Shown here in pieces: positions 18,720 through 28,581 of a DNA stretch of 64,000 nt (position 1 is the first letter of the stretch; every line of letters begins with the position of its first letter). Location: contig DATKTA010000035.1 of NCBI GenBank assembly GCA_035531395.1, forward strand, positions 72,736 to 136,735, given 5' to 3'. The position numbers were made by a program, and so were the translations under genes. The DNA comes from Bacteroidales bacterium. Lineage in GTDB: Bacteria > Bacteroidota > Bacteroidia > Bacteroidales > VadinHA17. The notes beneath the pieces were generated by a model, which saw nothing but the letters and a program-made list of their open reading frames with translations, had not been told where the DNA came from and made no database searches.

Positions 18720-20511
18720 AATCTCTTGCTTTCACAAGTGTATCCGGAATCGAAACCAAAGTAATTCCATTCTTAAATCCCAGATTACCTGAATACTGCT
18801 TATCGTAAGGATTATTCCAGTGCTCATGAACACCAAGGCTTGGGATTGGCCTGCCGCTGTTATCAGGATCATAAACAATACCATCAGGCCAGTTTTTAGA
18901 ATCTGCAGCCTGATGGAGATGATCATCCACTCCGTACATATTTGGCCCTTCCTCGAATACACTGTTTGAAGCATCGTGTTTATTCTTCCCGTTCCATTCA
19001 TTCCTCAGAAAATCATAACAGACCGATTCAAGGGCAACCTGATCCTGTGAAATAAAAATTGAATTGCTCCAGTCATTACTGAAAGGGTCCATATAGTATT
19101 TAACAGGGCCTCTTGTTTCATCAGCGCCTCCTCCGAACAGGCCGTCAACAACATAAAGCATGGTATTCTGCCCAAGATAGCGGCTTCCCATAAGGTCAAC
19201 AAGCACACGGTACTTCATATATCCACCATTCGAAGCTTTCCCTGCCTGCCTTGGCGATTCCTCCCAAAGTGGGGCAATAAGTGCATAGTGGAGGTGGCTG
19301 GCACTTCTTCTGGCATGAGTTCCAAAATGATTCTTTGAGGTGAGGCTTATGCCTGCTGAACCATGTGGTTTCAGGCTGGCTACATTAATCATATAATCAG
19401 CCTGCACAATAACATCAAACAATTTGTCTTTTAGCTTTTTATCTGAATAGAAAAGAAAGTCCTCCTCTGTAGGCTTTATAAGAGTCCTTCCAAACTGATC
19501 AGAAAATTTGTCGACATACCTTACATCCGGAAATTCACTATGCCATACCTTGTAGTTGTGAGCGAAGATATGCGAAATAGGATCTCCGATATATATATCT
19601 TCCTGCTTAACACCTGCATAATTAACAAGTTCCCTAAGCAACTCCAGTACTACATACGGACCTGTTTCCGTGGCTCCGTTAAACCGGCCACGTCTTTGTC
19701 CTGGTTTAATCTCAGAAGGTACAGAGTATCCGTTATTCTGATCTTCCTTAGAGAGCCCCCAGGAGGCAGTCCCCTGGTTAATCTTGATAAAAATTCTTTC
19801 GCCCGTCACATATCCCTTCTTCTTTCCATGAATAGTCTTGTTATGCTGTATGAAAAGTGCATTCCAGGATTTTTTAAGATCACCTGAACCACCGAGTTTT
19901 TTTACTCCATCTGACACCATTTTGCTTACTACCAGACTGTTTGTATTAGCAGGAGAGAAGAACCAGTCGTTATTTTCAATAATATTTTTACAGTTTTCAT
20001 TCGTTGCATCAGGATTCCAGGTCCAAACAACAACCCCGGAATTTACACCTCTTCCTTTTCCGAATGGTGTATTAGGACCATCTCTGGGACCGGTAGGCAG
20101 ATCATCCTGAGCTGAGGTAACCGATGTATCGCTTGTTATGTTTATTCCTGCAAAAACAAAAAATGAAACTAATAAGACCACAGTTGTAAAAGATAATCTT
20201 CGTCTAATGCCTTCTCCTAGTCTTTTTATAACCAAAGACATACCACCTAGAGAAAGAAGGTAAAGAACAAAACCCGACATGAAGGGAGCCACAGCTCTTA
20301 CACAAGGGTATGCTGCTCTGGTAGGTTTAGGTATAACCCTGCCGAAAAACCAGATTGTAGAAGCAATCCCTAATAAAATAAAAACGAGTCTGTCCGGCAG
20401 CTTTCTGTTTTTAAGCCCTTCCTTCATTTTTCTGAACCAATCATTTTTATTTGATGAGTTCAACCTCCTGTCTTTAAACATTGTCGTGATAATTAATAAG
20501 TTATGAACCAA
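18718..20511 (-). CDS. Membrane-anchored DUF362-like protein, function unknown
   Basis: N-terminal TM helices. The central motif ASLKPHGSAGISLTSKNHFG resembles the DUF362 signature. The start may be the internal ATG (MFKDRRL). Confidence 0.45.
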   Translation of the reverse strand: MVHNLLIITTMFKDRRLNSSNKNDWFRKMKEGLKNRKLPDRLVFILLGIASTIWFFGRVIPKPTRAAYPCVRAVAPFMSGFVLYLLSLGGMSLVIKRLGEGIRRRLSFTTVVLLVSFFVFAGINITSDTSVTSAQDDLPTGPRDGPNTPFGKGRGVNSGVVVWTWNPDATNENCKNIIENNDWFFSPANTNSLVVSKMVSDGVKKLGGSGDLKKSWNALFIQHNKTIHGKKKGYVTGERIFIKINQGTASWGLSKEDQNNGYSVPSEIKPGQRRGRFNGATETGPYVVLELLRELVNYAGVKQEDIYIGDPISHIFAHNYKVWHSEFPDVRYVDKFSDQFGRTLIKPTEEDFLFYSDKKLKDKLFDVIVQADYMINVASLKPHGSAGISLTSKNHFGTHARRSASHLHYALIAPLWEESPRQAGKASNGGYMKYRVLVDLMGSRYLGQNTMLYVVDGLFGGGADETRGPVKYYMDPFSNDWSNSIFISQDQVALESVCYDFLRNEWNGKNKHDASNSVFEEGPNMYGVDDHLHQAADSKNWPDGIVYDPDNSGRPIPSLGVHEHWNNPYDKQYSGNLGFKNGITLVSIPDTLVKARD

Positions 20512-20595
20512 TAAATTAGTTACACCAGTACTGTGATTTTCAATGCAAAATAGTCAGAAAACTGATTAGAAGGATAATTAAACCATTAAAATTAG

Positions 20596-21219
20596 TTAAA
20601 ATGAACCAGCATTCCATTCTTTGTGAAACTGATCAAGAAAGATCTCCAGGAATACATGCCGTTCATGTGCCATTTTCTTTCCGGTTTCAGTATTCATCAT
20701 TGCACTGAGCAACAGAAGCTTTTCATAAAAATGATTTATGGTCGACATGGAATTTTCCTCAGCGACCGGACTATAAATAATATTATTCCTGTATCCGCCA
20801 TAACTGAATGCCCGTGCTATTCCTATAGCTCCAATCGCATCAAGTCTGTCAGCATCCTGAATGATACACAGGAGGCTATCATCCTTATTTACAGGTGTTT
20901 TACGACTGCTGAATGATACATTTCTCATTATTCCGGTTATTTCAGAATGACAATTTTCCATACCATTTTCAGCCAGGAATCTGCCTGCAATTTCATAGCC
21001 TTCTCCCGGCTTAGTACCATTGAATTTTGAATCGGCAAAATCATGAAAAAGAGCGGCCAGATCAACCAGAAATGGCTCCTCAAGATTTTCTTTCTCATTA
21101 ATAATCTTCGCAAGGTTCCTCACTCTTACTATATGCCACCAGTCATGTCCACTATCATATGTGCTTACCCTTGCTTTTATTAGCTTTTCAGCTCTTGAAA
21201 GTATTAACTCCTTACTCAT
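20596..21219 (-). CDS. HD-domain phosphohydrolase (YedJ-like)
   Basis: HDWWHIVRV, LFHDFAD and DADRLDAIGAIGIARAF motifs. Confidence 0.8.
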   Translation of the reverse strand: MSKELILSRAEKLIKARVSTYDSGHDWWHIVRVRNLAKIINEKENLEEPFLVDLAALFHDFADSKFNGTKPGEGYEIAGRFLAENGMENCHSEITGIMRNVSFSSRKTPVNKDDSLLCIIQDADRLDAIGAIGIARAFSYGGYRNNIIYSPVAEENSMSTINHFYEKLLLLSAMMNTETGKKMAHERHVFLEIFLDQFHKEWNAGSF

Positions 21220-21284
21220 TTCTTCTTATTAAATTGGTTGTTGAACTTACAAAATATATTTTTGCAATTGACATAAATGGAAAA

Positions 21285-22526
21285 ATGAAGGCTGCAATAG
21301 TAACAATAGGAGATGAGATACTTATAGGTCAGACAGTTGATACAAATTCGGCCTGGATAGGGTCTGAACTGAGCAAAAGAGGTTTTGATGTCTTCAGAAT
21401 AATTTCAGTGCACGATGCAAAGGATGATATCCTGTATTCACTTAATGATGTTCAGGGTAAATGCGAAGTGGTATTAATAACCGGGGGCCTCGGACCAACA
21501 AGCGATGATATTACAAAACCTGTTCTCTGTGAATACTTTAACACAAGACTAATTGAAAACATTGAAGTTCTTGGCATGATTGAAGAGAGGATAAAACGGA
21601 GAAATAATCAAATGAATGAAAATAACAGGAAACAGTCTCATGTACCTGAATCATGCAAAGTACTGACAAATGCAAGGGGCACTGCTCCTGGAATGTGGTT
21701 TGAAAAGAATGGGACTATTTTTGTTTCAATGCCAGGTGTCCCTTCTGAAATGAAATATATAATGACAGAGCATGTTATACCTGAACTTAACAAACGCTTT
21801 ACTTCACAGGTTATAATACACAGAAATATAATGACATATGGTACCTTTGAAGCTAAGCTAGCAGAAATACTAGCAGGTTTTGAAAAAGGACTTCCTCATA
21901 ATATCAAACTTGCATACCTTCCTTCATCAGGTATTATCAAGTTAAGGCTCACAGGTACCGGGAGGGAACAGTATGCGGTTGAGAAACAGATTTCTGAACA
22001 GGTTGATAATTTATATAGTACGATACCTGAATTTATCTATGGAGAAAATGAAGACTCACTTGAAATTGTGATTGGAAATCTTCTTAAAGAAAAGAAGAAG
22101 ACGTTATGCACTGCAGAAAGTTGTACTGGGGGAGAGATCGCCCACCTTATTACAAGTATTCCTGGCAGCTCAGCTTATTACAAAGGATCAGTAGTTGCAT
22201 ATTCAAATTCCGTGAAGAAGGGTTTATTAAAAGTGCCGGACGAATTAATTAATCTTCATGGTTCTGTAAGCGAAAAAGTTGTAACACATATGGCTGATGA
22301 AGCCAGGAAACTTTTGGATACAGATTACTGTATAGCAACATCGGGTATTGCAGGACCAGAAGGTGAAAGTGCTCTAAAACCGGTTGGAACCCTTTGGATG
22401 GCAGTTTCATCTGAAAAAATGACGATAGCTGAAAAAAGAGTCTTTGGAACAGAAAGAGAGGCCAATATAAAAAGGTTTTCATTAGCAGCCTTAAATCTGC
22501 TAAGGAAGCATATTATCAATTTTTAA
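21285..22526 (+). CDS. cinA: CinA-family protein (MoCF-binding domain + nicotinamide-nucleotide amidase PncC domain)
   Basis: MKAAIVTIGDEILIGQTVDTNS N-terminus and C-terminal CTAESCTGG motif. The ORF-track start at 21159 overlaps the HD gene and was replaced by the ATG at 21285. Confidence 0.88.
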   Translation: MKAAIVTIGDEILIGQTVDTNSAWIGSELSKRGFDVFRIISVHDAKDDILYSLNDVQGKCEVVLITGGLGPTSDDITKPVLCEYFNTRLIENIEVLGMIEERIKRRNNQMNENNRKQSHVPESCKVLTNARGTAPGMWFEKNGTIFVSMPGVPSEMKYIMTEHVIPELNKRFTSQVIIHRNIMTYGTFEAKLAEILAGFEKGLPHNIKLAYLPSSGIIKLRLTGTGREQYAVEKQISEQVDNLYSTIPEFIYGENEDSLEIVIGNLLKEKKKTLCTAESCTGGEIAHLITSIPGSSAYYKGSVVAYSNSVKKGLLKVPDELINLHGSVSEKVVTHMADEARKLLDTDYCIATSGIAGPEGESALKPVGTLWMAVSSEKMTIAEKRVFGTEREANIKRFSLAALNLLRKHIINF

Positions 22527-22708
22527 TACTTATTGTAAATTACTGTAATTCAAATAAATATTTTAATAAGAATTTCCCTCTGGCGGGGGTGGGTGGCAGC
22601 TTCGTAAAAAAAGTATTTGAAATATTTGTATAATCAGATAAAAATCACGTTCTTTGCGCTTCATTTTAAAAGGACAAACGTTAGTTAAAGAAGTAAAAAC
22701 AAACATCA

Positions 22709-22951
22709 ATGTCAAAGATTTGTCAGGTTACAGGGAAAAAGGCGATGGTAGGGAACAACGTTTCTCACTCAAAAAGGAGGACCAAGAGGAAGTTTTATCC
22801 AAATCTTTTTATGAAAAAATATTATCTGCCTGAAGAAGAGAGATGGATCTCACTTAAAATTTCAGCGGCAGGTATTCGCCTTATCAGCAAGAATGGTCTT
22901 ACACGTGTCCTTAAGGATGCCAAGGAAAAAGGTTACATTGTGAATTATTAA
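22709..22951 (+). CDS. rpmB: 50S ribosomal protein L28
   Basis: [29 protein letters not shown] is a typical bL28 N-terminus. Confidence 0.92.
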   Translation: MSKICQVTGKKAMVGNNVSHSKRRTKRKFYPNLFMKKYYLPEEERWISLKISAAGIRLISKNGLTRVLKDAKEKGYIVNY

Positions 22952-22964
22952 ACAAGGATAGAAA

Positions 22965-23153
22965 ATGGCAAAGAGAGCTAAAGGTAACAGACAGCAGGTA
23001 ATACTTGAATGTACCGAGCATAAGGAGAGCGGAGTGCCGGGAACATCAAGGTATATTACCACTAAAAACAGGAAAAATACTCCTGACCGTCTTGAAAGAA
23101 AAAAGTATAACCCGATTCTTAAGAAATATACTCTTCACAGAGAAATCAAGTAA
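22965..23153 (+). CDS. rpmG: 50S ribosomal protein L33
   Basis: 62 aa, [20 protein letters not shown]...[22 protein letters not shown]. Confidence 0.92.
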   Translation: MAKRAKGNRQQVILECTEHKESGVPGTSRYITTKNRKNTPDRLERKKYNPILKKYTLHREIK

Positions 23154-23164
23154 ATTTTTAAACC

Positions 23165-23320
23165 ATGGCAAAGAAAGTTGTTGCAACACTTAAGACAGGA
23201 ACTGGCAAGGCATTTACAAAGTGCATTAAAATGTCCAAGTCTGACAAATCAGGAGCTTACATATTTAAGGAAGAGATCGTTCATAATGATCATATCAAAG
23301 ATTTCTTCGCAAGGAAGTAA
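23165..23320 (+). CDS. Small conserved basic protein (DUF4295-like) downstream of rpmG
   Basis: Hand-translated 51-aa ORF absent from the track: MAKKVVATLKTGTGKAFTKCIKMSKSDKSGAYIFKEEIVHNDHIKDFFARK. The position rpmB-rpmG-small ORF-ftsY is the usual Bacteroidota arrangement. Confidence 0.7.
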   Translation: MAKKVVATLKTGTGKAFTKCIKMSKSDKSGAYIFKEEIVHNDHIKDFFARK

Positions 23321-23409
23321 AAGAGATCTGAAATATACATTTATGGCTTTCTTCTATTCTGAAGGAAGCCTTTTTTTTAATATCAACTTTAATATTCAAT
23401 AACTGAAAA

Positions 23410-24369
23410 ATGGCTTTATTTGGCTTTCTTGGGAAGGAGAAAAAGGAGAGTCTCGACAAAGGTCTGGAAAAAACTAAAGAGAGCGTATTTTTCAAGCTCT
23501 CACGGGCTGTTGCAGGAAAATCAAAGGTCGATGATGAGGTTCTTGATAACCTTGAAGAGGTGCTAGTATCATCAGATGTTGGGGTTGCCACCACACTAAA
23601 TATCATTGAAAGGATTGAAAAACGGGTTTCGCGTGATAAATACCTTAATACAGCTGAGTTAAATACAATACTCAAGGAGGAAATTGCAGGATTACTTGAG
23701 AAGAACCAGTCGGATTCTGATACAGATTTTTCTTCTCCTCTTAATAGCAAACCTTACGTTATAATGGTTGTAGGAGTAAATGGAGTTGGTAAAACGACCA
23801 CAATTGCCAAGCTTGCCTACCAGTTTAAGTCTGCCGGTAAAAATGTAATTGTTGGAGCTGCTGATACATTCAGGGCTGCTGCAATTGAGCAGATTGAGAT
23901 ATGGGCTGAAAGGGTAGGAGTTCCTGTTGTTAAACAGCAAATGGGCTCTGATCCGGCTTCTGTAGCATATGATACACTAAAATCTGCTGTCTCTGCCGGG
24001 ATGGATGTTGTGATAATTGATACTGCAGGAAGATTGCACAATAAAATAAATCTGATGACCGAGCTATCTAAAATAAAAAGGGTAATGGAGAAGGTTATTC
24101 CTGATGCTCCTCATGAGGTGCTTTTGGTTCTTGATGGTTCGACAGGGCAAAATGCATTTGAGCAGGCAAAACAGTTTACAGCAGCAACAGATGTGACTGC
24201 CCTCGCAATCACAAAACTTGACGGAACTGCTAAAGGTGGCGTTGTTATCGGAATCTCTGACCAGTTTAAGATACCTGTAAAATATATTGGTGTCGGGGAA
24301 AAACTTGATGACCTTCTTATTTTCAACAGATTCGATTTTGTTGATTCACTATTCAGTTCTAGGCAATAA
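23410..24369 (+). CDS. ftsY: Signal recognition particle receptor FtsY
   Basis: GVNGVGKTTTIAKLA, DTAGRLH and TKLDGTAKGG motifs. Confidence 0.93.
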   Translation: MALFGFLGKEKKESLDKGLEKTKESVFFKLSRAVAGKSKVDDEVLDNLEEVLVSSDVGVATTLNIIERIEKRVSRDKYLNTAELNTILKEEIAGLLEKNQSDSDTDFSSPLNSKPYVIMVVGVNGVGKTTTIAKLAYQFKSAGKNVIVGAADTFRAAAIEQIEIWAERVGVPVVKQQMGSDPASVAYDTLKSAVSAGMDVVIIDTAGRLHNKINLMTELSKIKRVMEKVIPDAPHEVLLVLDGSTGQNAFEQAKQFTAATDVTALAITKLDGTAKGGVVIGISDQFKIPVKYIGVGEKLDDLLIFNRFDFVDSLFSSRQ

Positions 24370-24387
24370 CCCGCCGAATACCCCTGA

Positions 24388-25707
24388 ATGAAAAACAGCA
24401 GAAAAATAAATGTAGTTACACTTGGTTGCTCCAAAAACGTTGTTGACTCTGAAAAACTTCTGAAGCAACTCACTTATGGAGGTTATGAAATATCCTATGA
24501 TTCATCAGAAACCGATGCAGGAACTGTTATTGTGAATACCTGCGGTTTTATCAACGATGCAAAGGAAGAAAGCATAGATACCATTTTGCGATATGTAAAA
24601 AAACAAAAATCCGGCACAATCGACAATTTGTATGTAATAGGTTGCCTTTCAGAAAGATATATGGATGCTCTTCAGTATGAGATTCCTGAAGTAAAAAAAT
24701 ATTTTGGGGTCAAAAATATGGCCGATATTCTTAATGAACTGGGAGTGAAGCAGAATATGGAGCTTCTTTCTGAAAGAATACTTACAGGCCCCGGGCACTA
24801 TGCCTATCTTAAAATAGCTGAAGGCTGCGACAGAACCTGCGCTTTCTGTGCAATTCCCCGGATAAGAGGGAGGTTCATTTCACAACCAGTTGAGGAACTT
24901 GTCAGGGAAGCTTCAAAACTGGCCGATAATGGCGTAAAGGAACTCATTTTAATTGCCCAGGACCTGAGTTATTATGGCCTTGATATCTACCGGAAACAGG
25001 CCCTGCCTGAACTGGTAAAAGAGTTGGTTAAGATTGAAAAGCTGGAATGGATTAGAATGCATTACCTCTATCCGGCCAACTTTCCATCAGAACTCATTCC
25101 TGTTATAAGAGACAATCCAAAAGTCTGCAATTATATCGATATACCAATTCAACATATTACCGATAAAATGTTAGGATTAATGAAGAGGTCTCATAACCGC
25201 AGTGAAACTGAAAAAATTCTGAACAGGCTGCGAAATGAAATACCTGATTCTGTGATCCGCACCACACTGATCGCTGGGCATCCCGGTGAAACCGAAAAGG
25301 ATTTTAACGCGTTAAGAGATTTTGTCAGGGATTTCAGATTTGACAGACTTGGAGTATTCAGGTATTCACATGAAGAAGATACAATTTCATTCAATAAATA
25401 TAATGACGACATACCTGAAGAAGTCAAGGAAGCGAGAGTAGCCGAACTGATGGAAATTCAACAGAACATCTCCTCAGAGATAAATAAAAAGTTTGTTGGC
25501 AAGGTACTAAAAGTACTTATTGACAGAAAAGAGGGCGAGTACTTTGCTGGCAGGAGTGAATATGATAGTCCGGAAGTTGACCAGGAAATACTTATTCCTT
25601 CAACATACAATCTTAAGGCAGGAAATTTCTACAATATTAGAATTGATCATTCAACTGATTTCGACCTTTTTGGTATTCCTGTCACCAGCCCAATTGACAA
25701 TAACTAG
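24388..25707 (+). CDS. rimO: Ribosomal protein S12 methylthiotransferase RimO
   Basis: N-terminal VVTLGCSKNVVDSE, radical-SAM CDRTCAFCAIP, C-terminal TRAM-like region. Confidence 0.9.
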   Translation: MKNSRKINVVTLGCSKNVVDSEKLLKQLTYGGYEISYDSSETDAGTVIVNTCGFINDAKEESIDTILRYVKKQKSGTIDNLYVIGCLSERYMDALQYEIPEVKKYFGVKNMADILNELGVKQNMELLSERILTGPGHYAYLKIAEGCDRTCAFCAIPRIRGRFISQPVEELVREASKLADNGVKELILIAQDLSYYGLDIYRKQALPELVKELVKIEKLEWIRMHYLYPANFPSELIPVIRDNPKVCNYIDIPIQHITDKMLGLMKRSHNRSETEKILNRLRNEIPDSVIRTTLIAGHPGETEKDFNALRDFVRDFRFDRLGVFRYSHEEDTISFNKYNDDIPEEVKEARVAELMEIQQNISSEINKKFVGKVLKVLIDRKEGEYFAGRSEYDSPEVDQEILIPSTYNLKAGNFYNIRIDHSTDFDLFGIPVTSPIDNN

Positions 25708-25766
25708 TATATTTTTTTCTACTCTGCGCCTCTAAGCCTTTTCGTCTTTGCGAGATATAAATTAAA

Positions 25767-28322
25767 TTAATTCTTTAGTTCTGCTGCATCATCAGAATTT
25801 TCTGACTTTTTCGTTTTTTTCTTCTGAATTTTAATTTTGATCTCAGATTTTTCACTATTGAAACCAACAAAGATTGATTCACCATCCTCTTTTGTTGCTT
25901 TAATCAAAACTTCAGCCATCGGATCTTCAAGGTATTTCTGGATAGCTCTTTTCAGAGGCCGTGCACCATAATTTGAATCAAATCCCTTTTCGGCAATATA
26001 ATCTCTCGCTTCAGAAGCAATTTTAAGAGTATACCCAAGCGACTTAACCCTGTCATATAAGCCTTTGAGTTCAAGATCAATAATCTTATTAATATCCTCT
26101 TTGTCAAGTGAATTAAACATTATTACATCGTCAATCCGGTTCAAAAATTCCGGTGCAAATGTCTTCTGCAATGCTTTCTGAAGAATGCTCTTTGTGTGTT
26201 CATCACGTGAAGCCATCTTAGCCTGTGTGTCGAATCCGATTCCATGTCCGAACTCTGATATCTGCCTTGTTCCTATGTTTGAGGTCAGTATTACGATTGT
26301 ATTCCGGAAATCAACTCTGCGACCCAGACTATCAGTAAGCTGCCCTTCATCAAGTACCTGCAGCATTATATGGAAAACATCAGGGTGTGCTTTTTCAATC
26401 TCATCAAGCAGAACAACAGAGTATGGTTTGCGTCTTACTTTTTCAGTCAGCTGACCACCTTCCTCGTAACCTACATATCCCGGAGGTGCACCCACCAGAC
26501 GAGATACGGAGAATTTTTCCATATATTCACTCATATCAATCCTTATCAGATTGTCTGTTGTGTCAAAGAGGAATTTTGCAAGAACTTTTGCAAGCTGTGT
26601 CTTACCCACACCTGTTGGTCCCAGAAAGATAAAGGTGCCTATTGGCTTATTTGGATCTTTTAGTCCTGCCCGGTTTCGCTGAATCGATTTAACAACTTTC
26701 TGAATAGCTTCATACTGACCTATGACACTTCCTTGAAGTTCTTCAGCCATCTGTAAAAGCCGGGTTCCTTCTGTCTGAGCGATCCTTTGTACGGGGACAC
26801 CTGTCATCATGGCAACAACTTCAGCAACTTTTTCAGCATCAACTATTTCCCTGTTAACAGAAAGCTCTTTTTCCCACTTTTTCTTTTCAACCTCGATCAA
26901 ATCCAGCAGATCTTTTTCACGATCACGGAAGCTTGCAGCTTTTTCAAAGTTCTGATTTTTAACAGCTGTCATCTTTTCTTTCTTTGTCTCTTCAAACTGT
27001 TTTTCAAGTGACAGAATCTTTTCAGGAACTACAATATTTGAAATATGAACTCTTGAGCCTGATTCATCAAGCGCATCAATTGCTTTATCCGGAAGATTCC
27101 TGTCGGAGATATATCTGTTTGTAAGTTTGACGCATGCGTCAATTGCATCATCAGTATAGCTTACATTGTGATGATCTTCATATCTCTCCTTGATATTATG
27201 AAGTATATGTATAGTCTCCTCTATAGAAGTAGGTTCAACAATAACTTTCTGGAACCGTCTTTCGAGAGCCCCGTCCTTTTCAATATGCTGTCTGTATTCA
27301 TTAAGCGTTGTTGCACCAATGCACTGTATCTCACCACGGGCAAGTGCAGGTTTCAGCATATTTGCCGCATCCAGCGACCCTGTTGCACCTCCGGCTCCTA
27401 CAATTGTATGTATTTCATCTATGAAGAGGATTATATTATCATTCTTTGATAACTCATTCAGAATTGCTTTCATTCTCTCCTCAAACTGTCCCCTGTACTT
27501 GGTACCTGCTACGATAGAAGCAAGGTCAAGCGCCACTACTCTCTTATTAAAAAGGACCCGTGATACATTCTTCTTCGTGATCCTTAAAGCAAGTCCTTCT
27601 GCAATTGCAGATTTACCTACACCCGGTTCTCCAATAAGTACAGGATTGTTCTTTTTCCTTCTGGAAAGTATCTGTGCCAGTCTCTCAATCTCTCGTTCCC
27701 GTCCGACAACAGGATCAAGTCTTGATTCCTCAGCAGCTTTAGTAAGGTCTATACCAAAATTATCAAGCACCGGTGTTTCTGAAGAGGATTTCGGCGAAGA
27801 GGAGGAGGATGACTGACCTTTGCCTGGTCCGCCAAGTCCCTGTCCTTCATCATCTTCATCCCTTGGAAAATCAGCCCTGGCACTTGGAATATCACTCTCC
27901 ACCATTCGTCTGACAGACTGATATGTCACATCCAGTTCAGTAAGAAATCTGGTAACAAGGGCATTATCATCCTTGAGGATTGCTAAAAGCAGATGCTCTG
28001 TATCAATTGTGGAACTTTTAAGTGATTTGGCTTCAAGATATACTAGTTTTAATATTCTTTCAGTACTCCTCAGGAGTGGAATAACTTCATGATCTGCAAC
28101 AGGTATCGGGTTTTCAACTTTTATGCTCTTCTCAAGTGAACCTTTTAATACCATAAGATCAATTCCCTGGTTAACAAGTATTTCTATCGCAACACTTTCT
28201 CCATCTCTCAGAATTCCGAGAAAGAGATGCTCAGGACTAATATGGCTGTTGCCAAGTCTGATTGCCTCTTCCTTCGAATATCCAAGTATATCTTTTACTC
28301 TTTGCGAAAATTGTGAATCCAT
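25767..28322 (-). CDS. clpC: Clp/Hsp100 ATPase, ClpC-type (two AAA+ modules, Clp_N repeats)
   Basis: Walker A motifs GEPGVGKSAIAEGLA and GPTGVGKTQLAKVLA, with a Ser-rich linker. Start placed at the ATG at 28322 (MDSQFSQRV); the ATG at 28364 is an alternative. Confidence 0.88.
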   Translation of the reverse strand: MDSQFSQRVKDILGYSKEEAIRLGNSHISPEHLFLGILRDGESVAIEILVNQGIDLMVLKGSLEKSIKVENPIPVADHEVIPLLRSTERILKLVYLEAKSLKSSTIDTEHLLLAILKDDNALVTRFLTELDVTYQSVRRMVESDIPSARADFPRDEDDEGQGLGGPGKGQSSSSSSPKSSSETPVLDNFGIDLTKAAEESRLDPVVGREREIERLAQILSRRKKNNPVLIGEPGVGKSAIAEGLALRITKKNVSRVLFNKRVVALDLASIVAGTKYRGQFEERMKAILNELSKNDNIILFIDEIHTIVGAGGATGSLDAANMLKPALARGEIQCIGATTLNEYRQHIEKDGALERRFQKVIVEPTSIEETIHILHNIKERYEDHHNVSYTDDAIDACVKLTNRYISDRNLPDKAIDALDESGSRVHISNIVVPEKILSLEKQFEETKKEKMTAVKNQNFEKAASFRDREKDLLDLIEVEKKKWEKELSVNREIVDAEKVAEVVAMMTGVPVQRIAQTEGTRLLQMAEELQGSVIGQYEAIQKVVKSIQRNRAGLKDPNKPIGTFIFLGPTGVGKTQLAKVLAKFLFDTTDNLIRIDMSEYMEKFSVSRLVGAPPGYVGYEEGGQLTEKVRRKPYSVVLLDEIEKAHPDVFHIMLQVLDEGQLTDSLGRRVDFRNTIVILTSNIGTRQISEFGHGIGFDTQAKMASRDEHTKSILQKALQKTFAPEFLNRIDDVIMFNSLDKEDINKIIDLELKGLYDRVKSLGYTLKIASEARDYIAEKGFDSNYGARPLKRAIQKYLEDPMAEVLIKATKEDGESIFVGFNSEKSEIKIKIQKKKTKKSENSDDAAELKN

Positions 28323-28581
28323 ATTTAGCTTCTCTAATTCTTTAATATTTCCAAAATAAGTCATAATGTCAGTAAAAAGCCTGACAAAAACACAATTGAC
28401 CCGATTTTCAAAGGTAAATCATGCATATTATCTATATGACAATTTCCATGCCCATTTATGAACAATTGTTGTTAAAAATTCACAGCTTATAAAGCTCAAA
28501 AATAGGCAAATTATAATTATTTTCGTATTTCCAATCCTCAGGGAGGAGTGTAGTTTATAAATACTTAATTAATAATCTGTT

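Noticed and set aside
21159-21284. N-terminal extensions proposed by the ORF track. Examples are cinA at 21159, typA at 45453, the OMP at 55458, relA at 54189 and DUF2461 at 40655.
   Set aside because: The extensions overlap neighbouring genes or terminators, use TTG in some cases, and add residues absent from the conserved N-termini. Internal ATGs give the canonical starts.
22582-22597. G-rich tract ggcgggggtgggtgg upstream of rpmB as a G-quadruplex or riboswitch.
   Set aside because: It is a single short tract with irregular G-runs. I could define no flanking conserved structure. There is too little evidence.
23005-23750. Track ORFs 23005-23193, 23178-23402 (+) and 23295-23750 (-).
   Set aside because: They overlap rpmG, the DUF4295-like ORF and ftsY in alternative frames or on the other strand. 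The conserved genes explain the region.
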